Program-made: the position numbers and the translations under genes
The notes under the pieces: generated by a model
What the model saw: the letters and a program-made list of their open reading frames with translations, nothing else
Databases searched by the model: none
What the model was told of the DNA's origin: nothing
Part shown: piece by piece, positions 1 through 9,600 of the stretch
How the letters are laid out: every line of letters starts with the position of its first letter
How positions within the stretch are numbered: position 1 is the first letter of the stretch
Source: an uncultured Clostridia bacterium
GTDB taxonomy: Bacteria; Bacillota; Clostridia; Christensenellales; UBA1242
Length of the DNA: 50,497 nucleotides
Reading direction: 5' to 3'
Assembly (NCBI GenBank): GCA_944377765.1
Contig: CALWFX010000010.1
Location: 1 to 50,497 of the forward strand

Positions 1-1
1 A

Positions 2-226
2 TTGCTTCTTTGGAGATTTACAACCTATTATTTCTATTTAATTCAAGGGCTTTCAGTTATCACTTATGATACTTTATATGGAAACAAGAAATATAAGTGG
101 GTGAAAAAAAGATTGGCTTTACAGCAAGAAAGTCAAATATTTAAGAAACAACAAATTGATATGTTCCGTGCAGAAAGAAATAAAAGAAGAAAAAGAGAAA
201 AAGTGGGTAAAAATTTGTATAAATAA
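2..226 (+). CDS. 3' end of an ORF truncated by the window edge; probable membrane protein with a basic C-terminal tail
   Basis: The frame is open from the window edge with no credible start. A hydrophobic segment (FTTYYFYLIQGLSVI) is followed by a K/R-rich tail, and TAA lies at 224-226. Family not recognisable. Confidence 0.35.
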   Translation: MLLWRFTTYYFYLIQGLSVITYDTLYGNKKYKWVKKRLALQQESQIFKKQQIDMFRAERNKRRKREKVGKNLYK

Positions 227-250
227 TTAAATATAAAACATTCTAAGGAT

Positions 251-787
251 ATGAAAAAATCTTCATATCCTTGGCTTTTTTCTATAATAATTTTATCGGT
301 TTTATTGGTAATTTCTTTAATTTTAGGATTTACAGGTTATTTTTTTTCATTGTCTATGATGAAAACTTCAAGTGATTTAAGTTTGGGAGATACTGTTTGT
401 TTAAATGTTGAACCGAATGAAGCAAGTGTTGTTAGTTTTACATTTGATGGAAATTATCTTCCAGGAGAAGTTTTGCCACAGGTAATCCAAATTAAAGCGA
501 ATAATATTGACAAAAATTTAAAAGTTCGCGTGAAATCTGAAGCATACACTGAAAATGGTGTGATACAATTTGATTTTGTAACAACTGACGAATTTACAAA
601 GGGTAATGATGGTTATTTCTATTTTAACAGTGATCTTGCAGGTGGTAACAAGATAACTTTTTGTAATAGCATTGTGATGCCTGAAAAGGCTTCTTTTGTA
701 AGCAAGGAAAAATATATTTTAAGCGTTATTGTGGAAAGCCTTGATTCAAGTTTGCCAGTTGAAGAGATTTGGCAAGAAATGTTGTAA
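251..787 (+). CDS. hypothetical protein, N-terminally membrane-anchored or secreted
   Basis: 178-aa ORF. The N-terminal hydrophobic span WLFSIIILSVLLVISLILGFTGYFF is followed by about 140 aa of beta-rich sequence. An AGGA sits only 1-2 nt before the ATG, so the SD is poor. No family recognised. Confidence 0.55.
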   Translation: MKKSSYPWLFSIIILSVLLVISLILGFTGYFFSLSMMKTSSDLSLGDTVCLNVEPNEASVVSFTFDGNYLPGEVLPQVIQIKANNIDKNLKVRVKSEAYTENGVIQFDFVTTDEFTKGNDGYFYFNSDLAGGNKITFCNSIVMPEKASFVSKEKYILSVIVESLDSSLPVEEIWQEML

Positions 788-840
788 TTTTATTGGACTT
801 TTTTCTTTAATTAGGGTAAAATTAATTTATGAGGTAAGAG

Positions 841-1158
841 ATGGAAGAAAAGAAAAATTTGCCAAAACCACCAACAGGTGTTGTGCCACCAAGACCACCA
901 ATTATTAATAAGGAAGAAAGTGTTGAACAAAATGAGTCTATAGATAATACTGCGAATAAAGAGTCATTACAAACACCAGAGTCACTAGCTGTTCAAGATA
1001 AATCACAACAACAACCTGAAATAAATGACAATTCTGAGCAAAAAGATAAGCCAGCGAAAAAAGAAAAGGTTTGGAACAGGAAGCCACTTCTTTGGTCAGG
1101 CATAGTCTTGTCGATTGCTTTAGTTGGTGCATTGATATTCTTTTTGGTGGCTTTATAA
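841..1158 (+). CDS. hypothetical tail-anchored protein with a Pro/Gln/Glu-rich low-complexity N-terminal part
   Basis: GAGGT lies 5 nt upstream of the ATG. The N-part is low complexity (PKPPTGVVPPRPP, QQQPEINDNSEQKDKPAKKEK). There is a single C-terminal hydrophobic span LLWSGIVLSIALVGALIFFLVAL. A strong terminator follows. Confidence 0.5.
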   Translation: MEEKKNLPKPPTGVVPPRPPIINKEESVEQNESIDNTANKESLQTPESLAVQDKSQQQPEINDNSEQKDKPAKKEKVWNRKPLLWSGIVLSIALVGALIFFLVAL

Positions 1159-1176
1159 TTTTAAACTAAAATCTTT

Positions 1177-1215
1177 AAAAAACAACATAATTTTTATGTT
1201 GTTTTTATTTTTTTT
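1177..1215 (+). terminator. intrinsic terminator after the 841-1158 ORF
   Basis: 13-bp perfect stem (1178-1190 pairs with 1194-1206), loop ttt, then a T-run at 1208-1215. The hairpin contains the ATG at 1196 that the ORF track uses as the next gene's start, which argues against that start. Confidence 0.8.
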
Positions 1216-1231
1216 AGTTAATAATTTCCAT

Positions 1232-1684
1232 ATGAAAAAATTAATTGTATTTTTAATCATTTGTATATTTTTGCCACTCACTGCTTTCACTAAAAATGAA
1301 CTTTTACCACTTTTTATCTATGATAAAGTAAAACAGGTTTGCGTAACTGTTGACAACTCAGGCGAAAGTTATGAGAATGAGATTGAAATGGGAAACAAAA
1401 AATTTGTTTATTTAACAAAAGAAGAAGGAAAAGAACTTGTTAAAAAGAAAAAGATTTTTGGAATTCAATTCTATTTAGAAGATGTTTCGTTTGAAGATAT
1501 TTTAGATATTATGCAAGCAAAGGTTGTTAAAACACAAAATATTGAAGAAATTGATGTTATCTATGCTTACACTCCACTTTATCAAGATAGTATTTATATT
1601 GATGGCAAAAAAGTTAATTTACAAATAGCGTTAAAAGACCACGAAATCATTGCAGGTTTACCGCTGATTTTAACAGGATATTAA
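1232..1684 (+). CDS. secreted hypothetical protein, tentatively YwmB/DUF1779-like
   Basis: The ATG at 1232 gives a signal-peptide-like N-terminus MKKLIVFLIICIFLPLTAFT. The C-terminal KVNLQIALKDHEIIAGLPLILTGY resembles, from memory, the YwmB-family C-terminus. Its position next to M23/spoIIID genes fits Firmicute synteny. There is no SD. The family call is tentative. Confidence 0.5.
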   Translation: MKKLIVFLIICIFLPLTAFTKNELLPLFIYDKVKQVCVTVDNSGESYENEIEMGNKKFVYLTKEEGKELVKKKKIFGIQFYLEDVSFEDILDIMQAKVVKTQNIEEIDVIYAYTPLYQDSIYIDGKKVNLQIALKDHEIIAGLPLILTGY

Positions 1685-1750
1685 AAAATATAAAAATTTA
1701 TGTATAAACATTTTAATATAAGGCAATATTTCATGCATGGAGGAAAAGGT

Positions 1751-2311
1751 ATGGAAATCAACAATGCAAACAAATTAAAAAATTTTTTCAAAAGATATGG
1801 AGTTTTTGTTCTTGCTGGAGTTTTTGTTGTTGCAATTGCTTTAACTATCACTTTTACAGCAATAGACAAAGGAAGTCAAGTTTCAACTCTTAATTTACAA
1901 TTTGATGAGCCAATGAATAATGCAATGATAATAAAAGATTATTCAGACACAGAGTTACAATATAACGAAGTTTTAGATAGATGGGAAGCACATCTTGGAA
2001 TTGATTTCACAAGCGATGACACTTCAGTGTTTTCTGTTTTAGATGGAACTATAACAAGTGTAACAAACAATTCTTTGGAAGGATATGTGGTTGAAATTAC
2101 CCATGAAGGTGGCTTTGTAAGCATTTATTCATCTCTTGATGAGAATGTGCTTGTTGAAGAAGGGGATAAAATTTTGAAAGGGGAACAGATTGGAAATGCA
2201 TCATCTTCTGCCACAAACGAATATGAAGATGGCAACAGACTTCATTTTTGCCTATTAAAAGATGGTGTTGAAGTTGACCCTAACAATTATTTAGACTTGC
2301 AAAACAAATAA
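1751..2311 (+). CDS. membrane-anchored M23/LytM-domain protein, SpoIIQ-like, with catalytic His residues substituted
   Basis: GGAGGAAAAGGT precedes the ATG at 1751. The N-terminal TM span is VFVLAGVFVVAIALTITF. LytM signature: HLGID (HxxxD) is present, the usual Y-x-H is YSS, and the usual HLHFE is RLHFC. The overall layout G-x-V-x-I-x-H...G-x-x-I-G...LHF...DP is typical of M23. Confidence 0.8.
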   Translation: MEINNANKLKNFFKRYGVFVLAGVFVVAIALTITFTAIDKGSQVSTLNLQFDEPMNNAMIIKDYSDTELQYNEVLDRWEAHLGIDFTSDDTSVFSVLDGTITSVTNNSLEGYVVEITHEGGFVSIYSSLDENVLVEEGDKILKGEQIGNASSSATNEYEDGNRLHFCLLKDGVEVDPNNYLDLQNK

Positions 2312-2317
2312 AAAAAT

Positions 2318-2341
2318 CAAAGCACTTTTAAAAGTGCTTTG
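2318..2341 (+). terminator. palindromic hairpin after the M23 gene
   Basis: caaagcactttt / aaaagtgctttg form a perfect 12-bp palindrome that starts 7 nt after the stop codon. The downstream T-run is poor. Confidence 0.45.
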
Positions 2342-2511
2342 TTACATAAAATTTTTAAAAACAGTATAAAAATGCATAAAATTTTGAAATTTTTGTTGAA
2401 AATTAACAAATTTTTACTATTTTTTATTTATATCATACATAATTAGTGTTTTTATTGAAAAAATTTATATTTAAAATATTTTAAATAATCAGTGAAACTT
2501 TGTTAAATTAG

Positions 2512-2539
2512 TTGCAAAATCTTGCTAAGATATGATAAT
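2512..2539 (+). promoter_or_regulatory. candidate sigma-A promoter for acpP
   Basis: TTGCAA (2512-2517), 16-nt spacer, GATAAT (2534-2539). GGAGGG SD at 2553-2558 and ATG at 2563. The AT-rich background makes chance matches likely. Confidence 0.3.
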
Positions 2540-2562
2540 ATATAATCATAGCGGAGGGCAAA

Positions 2563-2793
2563 ATGATTATTGAAAAAGTTAAACAATTAGTTGCAGAACA
2601 ACTTGGTCTTGATGTAAACACAATTAAGGACGATTCTAATATTTTGGAGGATTTGGGCGCAGATTCATTGGATATTATTGAAATGTTGATGACTCTTGAA
2701 GATGAATATGGGGTAACAATTCCAGATGATAAAATAAATCAAGTTAAAACAATAAGTGACATTGCACAACTTATTGAAGATTGCAAAAAGTAA
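2563..2793 (+). CDS. acpP: acyl carrier protein
   Basis: 76 aa with the canonical LGADSLDIIEMLMTLEDEYG motif (phosphopantetheine Ser in DSL). Colinear with E. coli and B. subtilis AcpP. SD GGAGGG. Confidence 0.92.
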   Translation: MIIEKVKQLVAEQLGLDVNTIKDDSNILEDLGADSLDIIEMLMTLEDEYGVTIPDDKINQVKTISDIAQLIEDCKK

Positions 2794-2827
2794 GAATACA
2801 TATTTGTATTTTATCTGAGATGTTTTT

Positions 2828-2856
2828 AAAGATTGCTGAGTGCAATCTTTTTTTTA
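2828..2856 (+). terminator. intrinsic terminator after acpP
   Basis: aaagattgc (2828-2836) pairs with gcaatcttt (2842-2850), loop tgagt, followed by a T-run. Confidence 0.75.
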
Positions 2857-2881
2857 TGTAAATAGGCATTGACAAATTTTT

Positions 2882-2910
2882 GCATATTTCGACAAATTCT
2901 CTCATAAAGT
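2882..2910 (+). promoter_or_regulatory. candidate sigma-E-type (mother-cell) promoter upstream of spoIIID
   Basis: GCATATT (2882-2888), 14-nt spacer, CATAAAGT (2903-2910). The remembered B. subtilis sigma-E consensus is (G/T)(A/C)ATA(A/T)(A/T)-14-CATACA(A/C)T, so -35 matches 7/7 and -10 matches 6/8. A TTGACA at 2869-2874 has no good -10 partner. Confidence 0.3.
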
Positions 2911-2932
2911 TTTTTATGGGAGGAGAATGTTT

Positions 2933-3190
2933 ATGAAGGCATATATTGAAGAAAGAACTCTTCAAGTTGCAAACTATGTTGCAGAAACTCATGATACAAT
3001 AAGAACAACGGCAAAAAATTTTAATTTGTCTAAAAGCACAGTGCATTATGATTTGTCAAATCGATTAAAGAAAGTTGACAAGAATTTGTATGGTAAAGTG
3101 AAAAAAATTTTGGATAACAATTTTGCAGAAAAACATATTCGTGGTGGAGAGTCGACCAAAAGAAAATATGAAAAAGAAATGGGCTTATAA
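2933..3190 (+). CDS. spoIIID: sporulation transcriptional regulator SpoIIID (stage III sporulation protein D family)
   Basis: MKAYIEERTLQVANYVAETHDTIRTTAKNFNLSKSTVHYDLSNRL...HIRGGESTKRKY is colinear with B. subtilis SpoIIID (YIKERT...ET..T.R..AKEF.VSKSTVHKDL..RL...H.RGGEATK.KY). GGGAGGAG lies 8 nt before the ATG at 2933. The ATG at 2927 is too close to the SD. Confidence 0.88.
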   Translation: MKAYIEERTLQVANYVAETHDTIRTTAKNFNLSKSTVHYDLSNRLKKVDKNLYGKVKKILDNNFAEKHIRGGESTKRKYEKEMGL

Positions 3191-3192
3191 TT

Positions 3193-3279
3193 AAAAATAA
3201 GAGAAAAAAATAAAAATAAATAAAAATTATTAAAAAAGCATAAAAATATTGAAAAAAATTAAAAAAAATGATTAAAAAA
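3193..3279. promoter_or_regulatory. array of helically phased A-tracts (predicted intrinsically bent DNA), followed by T-tracts to about 3400
   Basis: A5-A8 runs start at 3193, 3204, 3212, 3222, 3232, 3242, 3252, 3261 and 3274, which is nine tracts at roughly 10-bp spacing. From 3284 the same pattern continues as T-runs (3284, 3295, 3302, 3315, 3326...). Confidence 0.6.
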
Positions 3280-3444
3280 CTAATTTTTTCAATATTTTTT
3301 ATTTTTTATAACAATTTTTCAAATATTTTAAAGCCAGAAAATAAGATTTTTTTAAATTTTAAACCTTATTTTTTGCGTAAAATTTAAAGTATTTTTTTTT
3401 AAAAATGAATAAAAAATTATTTTATTTATTGTTTTTCTATTTGT

Positions 3445-3474
3445 TTGACTTTTTTTCGTCTATTAATTTATAAT
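3445..3474 (+). promoter_or_regulatory. candidate sigma-A promoter for the 6,906-aa gene
   Basis: TTGACT (3445-3450), 18-nt spacer, TATAAT (3469-3474), about 75 nt upstream of the ATG at 3549. The AT-rich context means chance matches are likely. Confidence 0.35.
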
Positions 3475-3548
3475 TATAATATATAATTTTTACTTACATA
3501 TTTTGATTAAATTTTACTTCATTTGCAAATAGTAAATAAGGAGGCTTC

Positions 3549-3617
3549 ATGAAAAAAATCGCATTTGGTTTTTTAACTGTATTGATGCTTTTAGGAGGAG
3601 TTATTCTTTCGGCTTGT
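3549..3617 (+). other. type II (lipoprotein) signal peptide with lipobox Cys23
   Basis: MKKIAFGFLTVLMLLGGVILSAC has a basic n-region, a hydrophobic core, and L-S-A-C with the Cys codon TGT at 3615-3617. Confidence 0.8.
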
Positions 3618-6600
3618 GGCGAAAAGAATATATATCTTTCTGTGTCTTCTTCGGAAGTTGTTATTTATACAAATTATGAGAATTCAGAATTCAACTATCA
3701 GCGTGCAAATGTTTCTGTTACTCTTGAAGGCTCAGAAGATGGAGTTGGACTTCAAATTGAATCTGGAAAAGACATAATTAAATGCACATCTCCTGAAAAA
3801 GATAGACAAGGAAATTATAATTTTACTATTGAAGAAATTGGAGAAAAAAGCGGTAAGGCTCAAATTAAAGTTTATTCAATTGAAGATCCTTCAATTTACA
3901 AATATGTTAATGTAACTTCTTATACATACCTTACAAAATATCAAGCACTTGACCTTAAAGATGAGGATGGAAGAAGTGGGCTTTATGTAATTAAAGGAGC
4001 ATCTCAAGACTTAACACCTTCAAAATATTTTAATTTTTTGCCAAGTGAAGCGAATGTTGTTGATACAATTTGGACTTTTCAAGGTGGTGATGGACAAGAT
4101 AGTGGACTTACAACTTTGCAGTATGATGGCGATATTATAGCGGAAATTGTGGACAATAAGACCTTGGTGGTTTATGATGAATGTTTTTATCCCACCATAA
4201 CATTGTTTGCTTCTTTTGAAAGACAAACATCAATTTTTGAAACTGTAACTTTTCAAGTTATTGACAGTTCAAGCATAACTTCATTTAAACTTGGCGACAC
4301 AACTTTAATTTCTCAAGATACAACAACAGGCGATATTATTTACGATAATTTTATGGCTGATTTAGTGAGAAATGATGCAAACAATTCTTCTGTTCAAGGT
4401 CAGATGGTTATTTCCACTTTTGACAAAAATATTGAATTGGATGTTGAAGCATATTTTTTAAATTCTAATGGAACTAAATCATATATTGAAAATTATGAAG
4501 ACTACTTTAAACTTGATGTGCAATATTTACCATATAACGATGTAACAGAAGAGATGACAATTAATTTCACTCTTGATGCTCTTTATGACGATTCTTCATT
4601 TGAAATGAAATATGGCGATATCCATATAAACTTTGTTTTAAAATATAGCGAATACACCTACTCAATCAACACTTCTAATTGCGATATTAAACTTAATACT
4701 TACTTTATTCCTGAAAGTATTTTGGTTAGAGATGGCGGAGTTAGCAATATTGGCGGAAACACAATAGATTTATATTCTCAATATTTTTCTTCCTATGGTT
4801 ATGAAATTAATGTTAATGTTTACCCTGATGATGTTGCTTTGAAAGATAGCACCTTTAAGATTAGCATTGATAACGCACATGAAATGGTTAATGATGAAGA
4901 TTATTTTGTGAAAATTTATTACAAAGATAATCCAACAAGACAAGTTAAATTTACAAGGGTGGAAAACACTGACACCTTTGTTTCAGAAGCAATTGCAAAT
5001 GGCACAAGTTTATATTTTACAAGTGGAAACATTTCAAGTAAGTCAGGTCTTAAAATAGATTTTTATGCATCTGCAAATCCATATAATGCCATTCAGTCAA
5101 TTTATGCCAATTTGTTTAAAATTTCAGAGTCTTCTATAATGAAAGTTATGGAAATTGACACCGAAACAGGAGAAACAGAAGATTTTAATTTTGACCAAAC
5201 TTTCTATATTTCTTCTTCTGAAACTTCTTTAAAAACAAAAGAATTTAATTTAAGAATTATGGGAATGGCTTCAATTGCAGGCTTGGAACTTGACTATGAA
5301 CAAAGTCGCAATTTTTCAATTTCAATGGAAATGACTGATAGTTTTGAAGATACTGAAGATGTTAACAACTCTTATGTTGATATTAAGGTAACAATTAGTT
5401 TAACAAGAAGCAATTTTGCTCAAGATTTTAAATTTTCTTTGAAACATAAAACTGGTTTACAATCTGAAATATTTAATATTTCAAGTTTTGCACCAATTGA
5501 AAAGGCAGAAGTTGTTTGTGCTGATGGTGGTTTCACAAATATATATGAGCAAGAGTATTTGGAACAAAACTTTGTTGCAGATATTGATGATGGAAACTTC
5601 ACAATTGCAGATTCCACAATTGTTGATAACTCTCTTTCAAGTTTATTAATTTCAGCAGGCTCTAATGTTGCAATTAATTTGGATTACAACAGTGCCACAT
5701 TAAATCTTGCAAACAACACTGCGGGTTACTACTTTGCTTACTTAGACTATGAAGCATTTGCGAGTCATGACCAAAATCTTGGACTTGATGGCGACACATT
5801 GACTGAAAGATTTAACAATTTGCAGTTTACTGACAGTTTGGATAACCTTACATATTTACCAATTTTTGAAAGTGCTTTTTCAACTTTAAATAACACATAT
5901 TTCTCATACACAAATGGCCAGTTTAAGGTTAGCGATAAAGAATTTGTTGTATATGTTATGGTTGTGTTTAATGGCTATAACGAATTGCATCAAGATTTAA
6001 ATTTGGTTCGTTTCTTTAGATTGGAAAGTTTTTATCCTGTTGACTCACTTAGAAGTGATATAACTGATTTGGAACTTTATTCAAAAGAAAGTTTGAGTGT
6101 TAGCGATGAGAATTTGTCTTATGCTAATGTCAATGTTACTCTTCGTTTAGATGGAAAACTTCCAACCTATTCTGACCTTTCATATTTTTCAATCTCTCTT
6201 GGTAATGGAACTTATTGCAAGGGAGAAGATGAAAGTGGAACTTTCAAGGAAAGAGCATCTCTTACTTGTGTTTCAATTTATAATGACTATGTTTCTCTTT
6301 CAAACTTTAGAGTGGATGAAAGAACTGGTGTTTTGTCATTCAGAATAAGTGCAAATTCAACAAGGTTACAAAGTAGAGTTAGAGATGTTATCACTCTTTA
6401 CTATAATTTTAAGAGTGTGGAAATTCCAACTAACATAAATTTAACAATACTTCAGGCTAATCGTGTGGAAAATGTTACATGGATAAATGAAACTGAAGAT
6501 AGTGAGATATACTTGAATATTGCAACAGATAATGTTGAAGAGCAAACTTTCACAATTTCAACTTCAATTTCGCCAGATGATGCTTATAACAGAAAACTTA

Positions 6601-9600
6601 CAAATTATTATCATCCACTTAACAACAATTCCAGTGTTTTAGACATAAACACAACTTCAACTGGGCAATCTTTCACTCTTACAATTGGAAATCAAAATGA
6701 AGGTGGTTATGGATATTTATATCTCCTTCCAGAAGATATGGTTAAAAATGTTGATAGTATAAGAAAAATTGTTTATTATGGACTTGATGACGAAGGTAAT
6801 TTAAGCACACAGGCAGAATATATTTCTCTTTCTGAAATCAATGGTATCTATGAAGATTTGATTAATGGAACAAATGGTTATGTCAATTATTTCTTAAATA
6901 ACAACAATGAGAAAGTATACTATAAAGATGTTATTTTAAGAATTAAAGTTACAATTGCAGATGGTCAAAGCGAAGATACAGCAATAAGAATTTACTCTGC
7001 TGATGAACTTAGAAATATTGATACAAGATTGTATTATCGCATTATGAACGATCTTGAACTTACAAATTGGACACAACTTACAGAACTTCGTGGCATGATT
7101 TTTGGTAATGATGAAAACATCACTTTAACAATGTCAGGACAAAGTTTGATTGGTAATTTATATGGAACTGTTAAGAACTTAACATTTGTTGGTGCTGTTA
7201 ATGGTGGCGGTTTTGTTGCTGATAATGTTATAAGTGGTGGTGTGATTGAAAATGTTAAGGTTGATGTTCGATATGACAAGGAAAAAGCCGAATGCATACC
7301 AAGTGTTGTAAGTGGCGGTTACTATGTGGAAACAAGCCTTATTGGTAATTATATTGGTGCAATTGCTGGTAGAAATGAAGGCTTGATTACTTCTTGTTAT
7401 AACTATGGTGCAAACTTAACTGCCAGCCTTGAAAATGGTTCTTCTGTTGCTGGTGGTATTGTTGGATTAAACTATGGCAGAGTGGAAAATTGTGGCGTTG
7501 AATTTTATAAATTTACAAGTGTTGAAAGTAATCAATTCTCTGCTCTTTATATTGGTGGTATTGTTGGTGCTGTTGATTGGGGACAAGAACAAGAAGTTTC
7601 TCCAACTATCTATAATTCATATGTATATGCTTTCAGCCTTGAAAATGGAACTGTTGGAAGTGACATTGACATCAACAATGTAAGTTACACAAAACTTGTG
7701 AACTATCAAGAATCAATGGAAAGACCAAGCGAAAATGGCGATGGAAATGTTTACTTTGGCGAATTTATTGGCTACATTATGAATCTTTCTCAAAATAAGA
7801 CCATGATTGAAAATTCATTTGCTTTCCTTGGCGATTTAACAGCAAATAAAAATGCTCAAACCAATTATAGTGTTATTGGTGTTGGTGATTCAATTGAAAG
7901 TTCACCTTTGACTTTAAGAAATTCATATTTAACCAATTTTGTTGTTAAAGAAAATGCTGAAGATGGAACAAAAACTTTGGGACTTGAATTCCGCTATTTC
8001 TTAAGAAATGGAGAAAATAACATTAATTCTCCAATTACTGATGAACAAGACAGTGAAAGTGTAGAAGAAATTTATTCGGCATTCGACACAACAATTTGGG
8101 AGACAGAAAATATTGACAAAGAAGCAAACTTTGGCTTTGCATATTTGAAGAATGTTCGTCAAAATGTCAGCGTTTCAGTTGAACAGATGATTCAGAATGT
8201 TGAAGACAAAGTGCTTGCATTTACTGGTGGAGATAAGGCGGTTATCTTTAAGTATGATGTTAACGAACAAGTTGTTAGTAATGCTGTTCAGTCTGAACTT
8301 GATAGGCTTAACACAATTTCATTAACAGAACTTTTTGGAATTTCAAGTAATGAGATAAGAAGTCTTCTTGTAAGTGTGGATAGACCTGATTATCTTGATT
8401 TTACAACCAATTCTTTAAGCGTTAAAAAGACAACAACAAATCTTGCAACAAAAACTGTAACATTGACTTTGCATAGTCGTATGGATTTCAGCGAAAGCAA
8501 AACTTTTGAAATTATGATTGTTAATGCTATTCCTGAAATTTTAACAACTGTTGGAAACAATGAGGTTAAAGATGGACAAATTGTTAACATTCAAACTGGA
8601 ATTGATAATTCTAAGAAAGTTCAAATAATTTTGGATAACACAATTTATTTGAATGGACAAGAATATACTTTAACAACAAATAGTTATAATTACTTTGTTG
8701 AACTTGATAACAATTTAAATGCTGAAAATGAAAAATATATTGATGAACAAGTTTCAGGCAATGCTGTTGAGTTTATTGCAAGAAATGACAGTGGGGTTAA
8801 TTATATAAGTGCAAATATAAGTGTTGGACTTCTTAATCTTAATTCCACAGATGAAAATTCTAATGAATATGCTTTCAATGAAACAATTAAATCTCAAAGA
8901 CAAAGAAATTTATTGCTTTCATCTTATGTTGGGGCAAATTATGTTAATGCTGATCACACTATTTTAAATATCACACCTTCTGAATTTACATCCTTTAAAG
9001 TAACTATAAATTCTGATAACCCAGAAGAAGATTTAGTGCTTTACATTAACTATAACAACGAAAGATATGATGTTGAAAATGGACAAGTTAAAATTAATGA
9101 TAATTTAGTTTTGGATGTTTCATACACTTTGATTAGTTCAGATAATGGTAATTATGAATATAAAGTTCTTATTAATGTAAACAACGAATACAGGCATAAA
9201 GTTGATACAACTTATTCAATGGATATTGTTGTTAATGCTTTAAGCCAACAAAACAATAGTAATTATGCAAAAATAGTAAAATTTACAGTTGAAAAGCAAG
9301 AAATAAATGACGTTAATGTCAATGCATACACAGTTTCAAGTCGTTTTATAAGAAATAATGTTTGGTATTACACACCAAGCAATACTATATCATCGGCTCT
9401 TGTTCCAGGTGGAGAAAGCATTTTAACAATGGAAATAAGCCCAAGTTTTGCTCACTACTCTCATTTTATTGTGGAATATGAAGTAACTTCTCAAGGCACA
9501 ACTGGTTCTGTTGGACTTTCAAGATTATCATATACTGAAGGTTATGGTTATTATATTGATACTTCTACCACAGAAAATAGAACAAATGGAATTAAAGTTA

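Noticed and set aside
2771-3046. 91-aa minus-strand ORF overlapping the acpP end, the terminator and the spoIIID start.
   Set aside because: It overlaps two well-supported plus-strand genes and an intrinsic terminator. It has no SD and no recognisable family.
3242-3299. An 18-bp AT-only inverted repeat (aaaaatattgaaaaaaatt ... aattttttcaatattttt) downstream of spoIIID, as a terminator or operator.
   Set aside because: It consists purely of A/T with one indel, so it has very low predicted stability. It is more simply a by-product of the A-tract to T-tract switch in this region. There may be no discrete spoIIID terminator.
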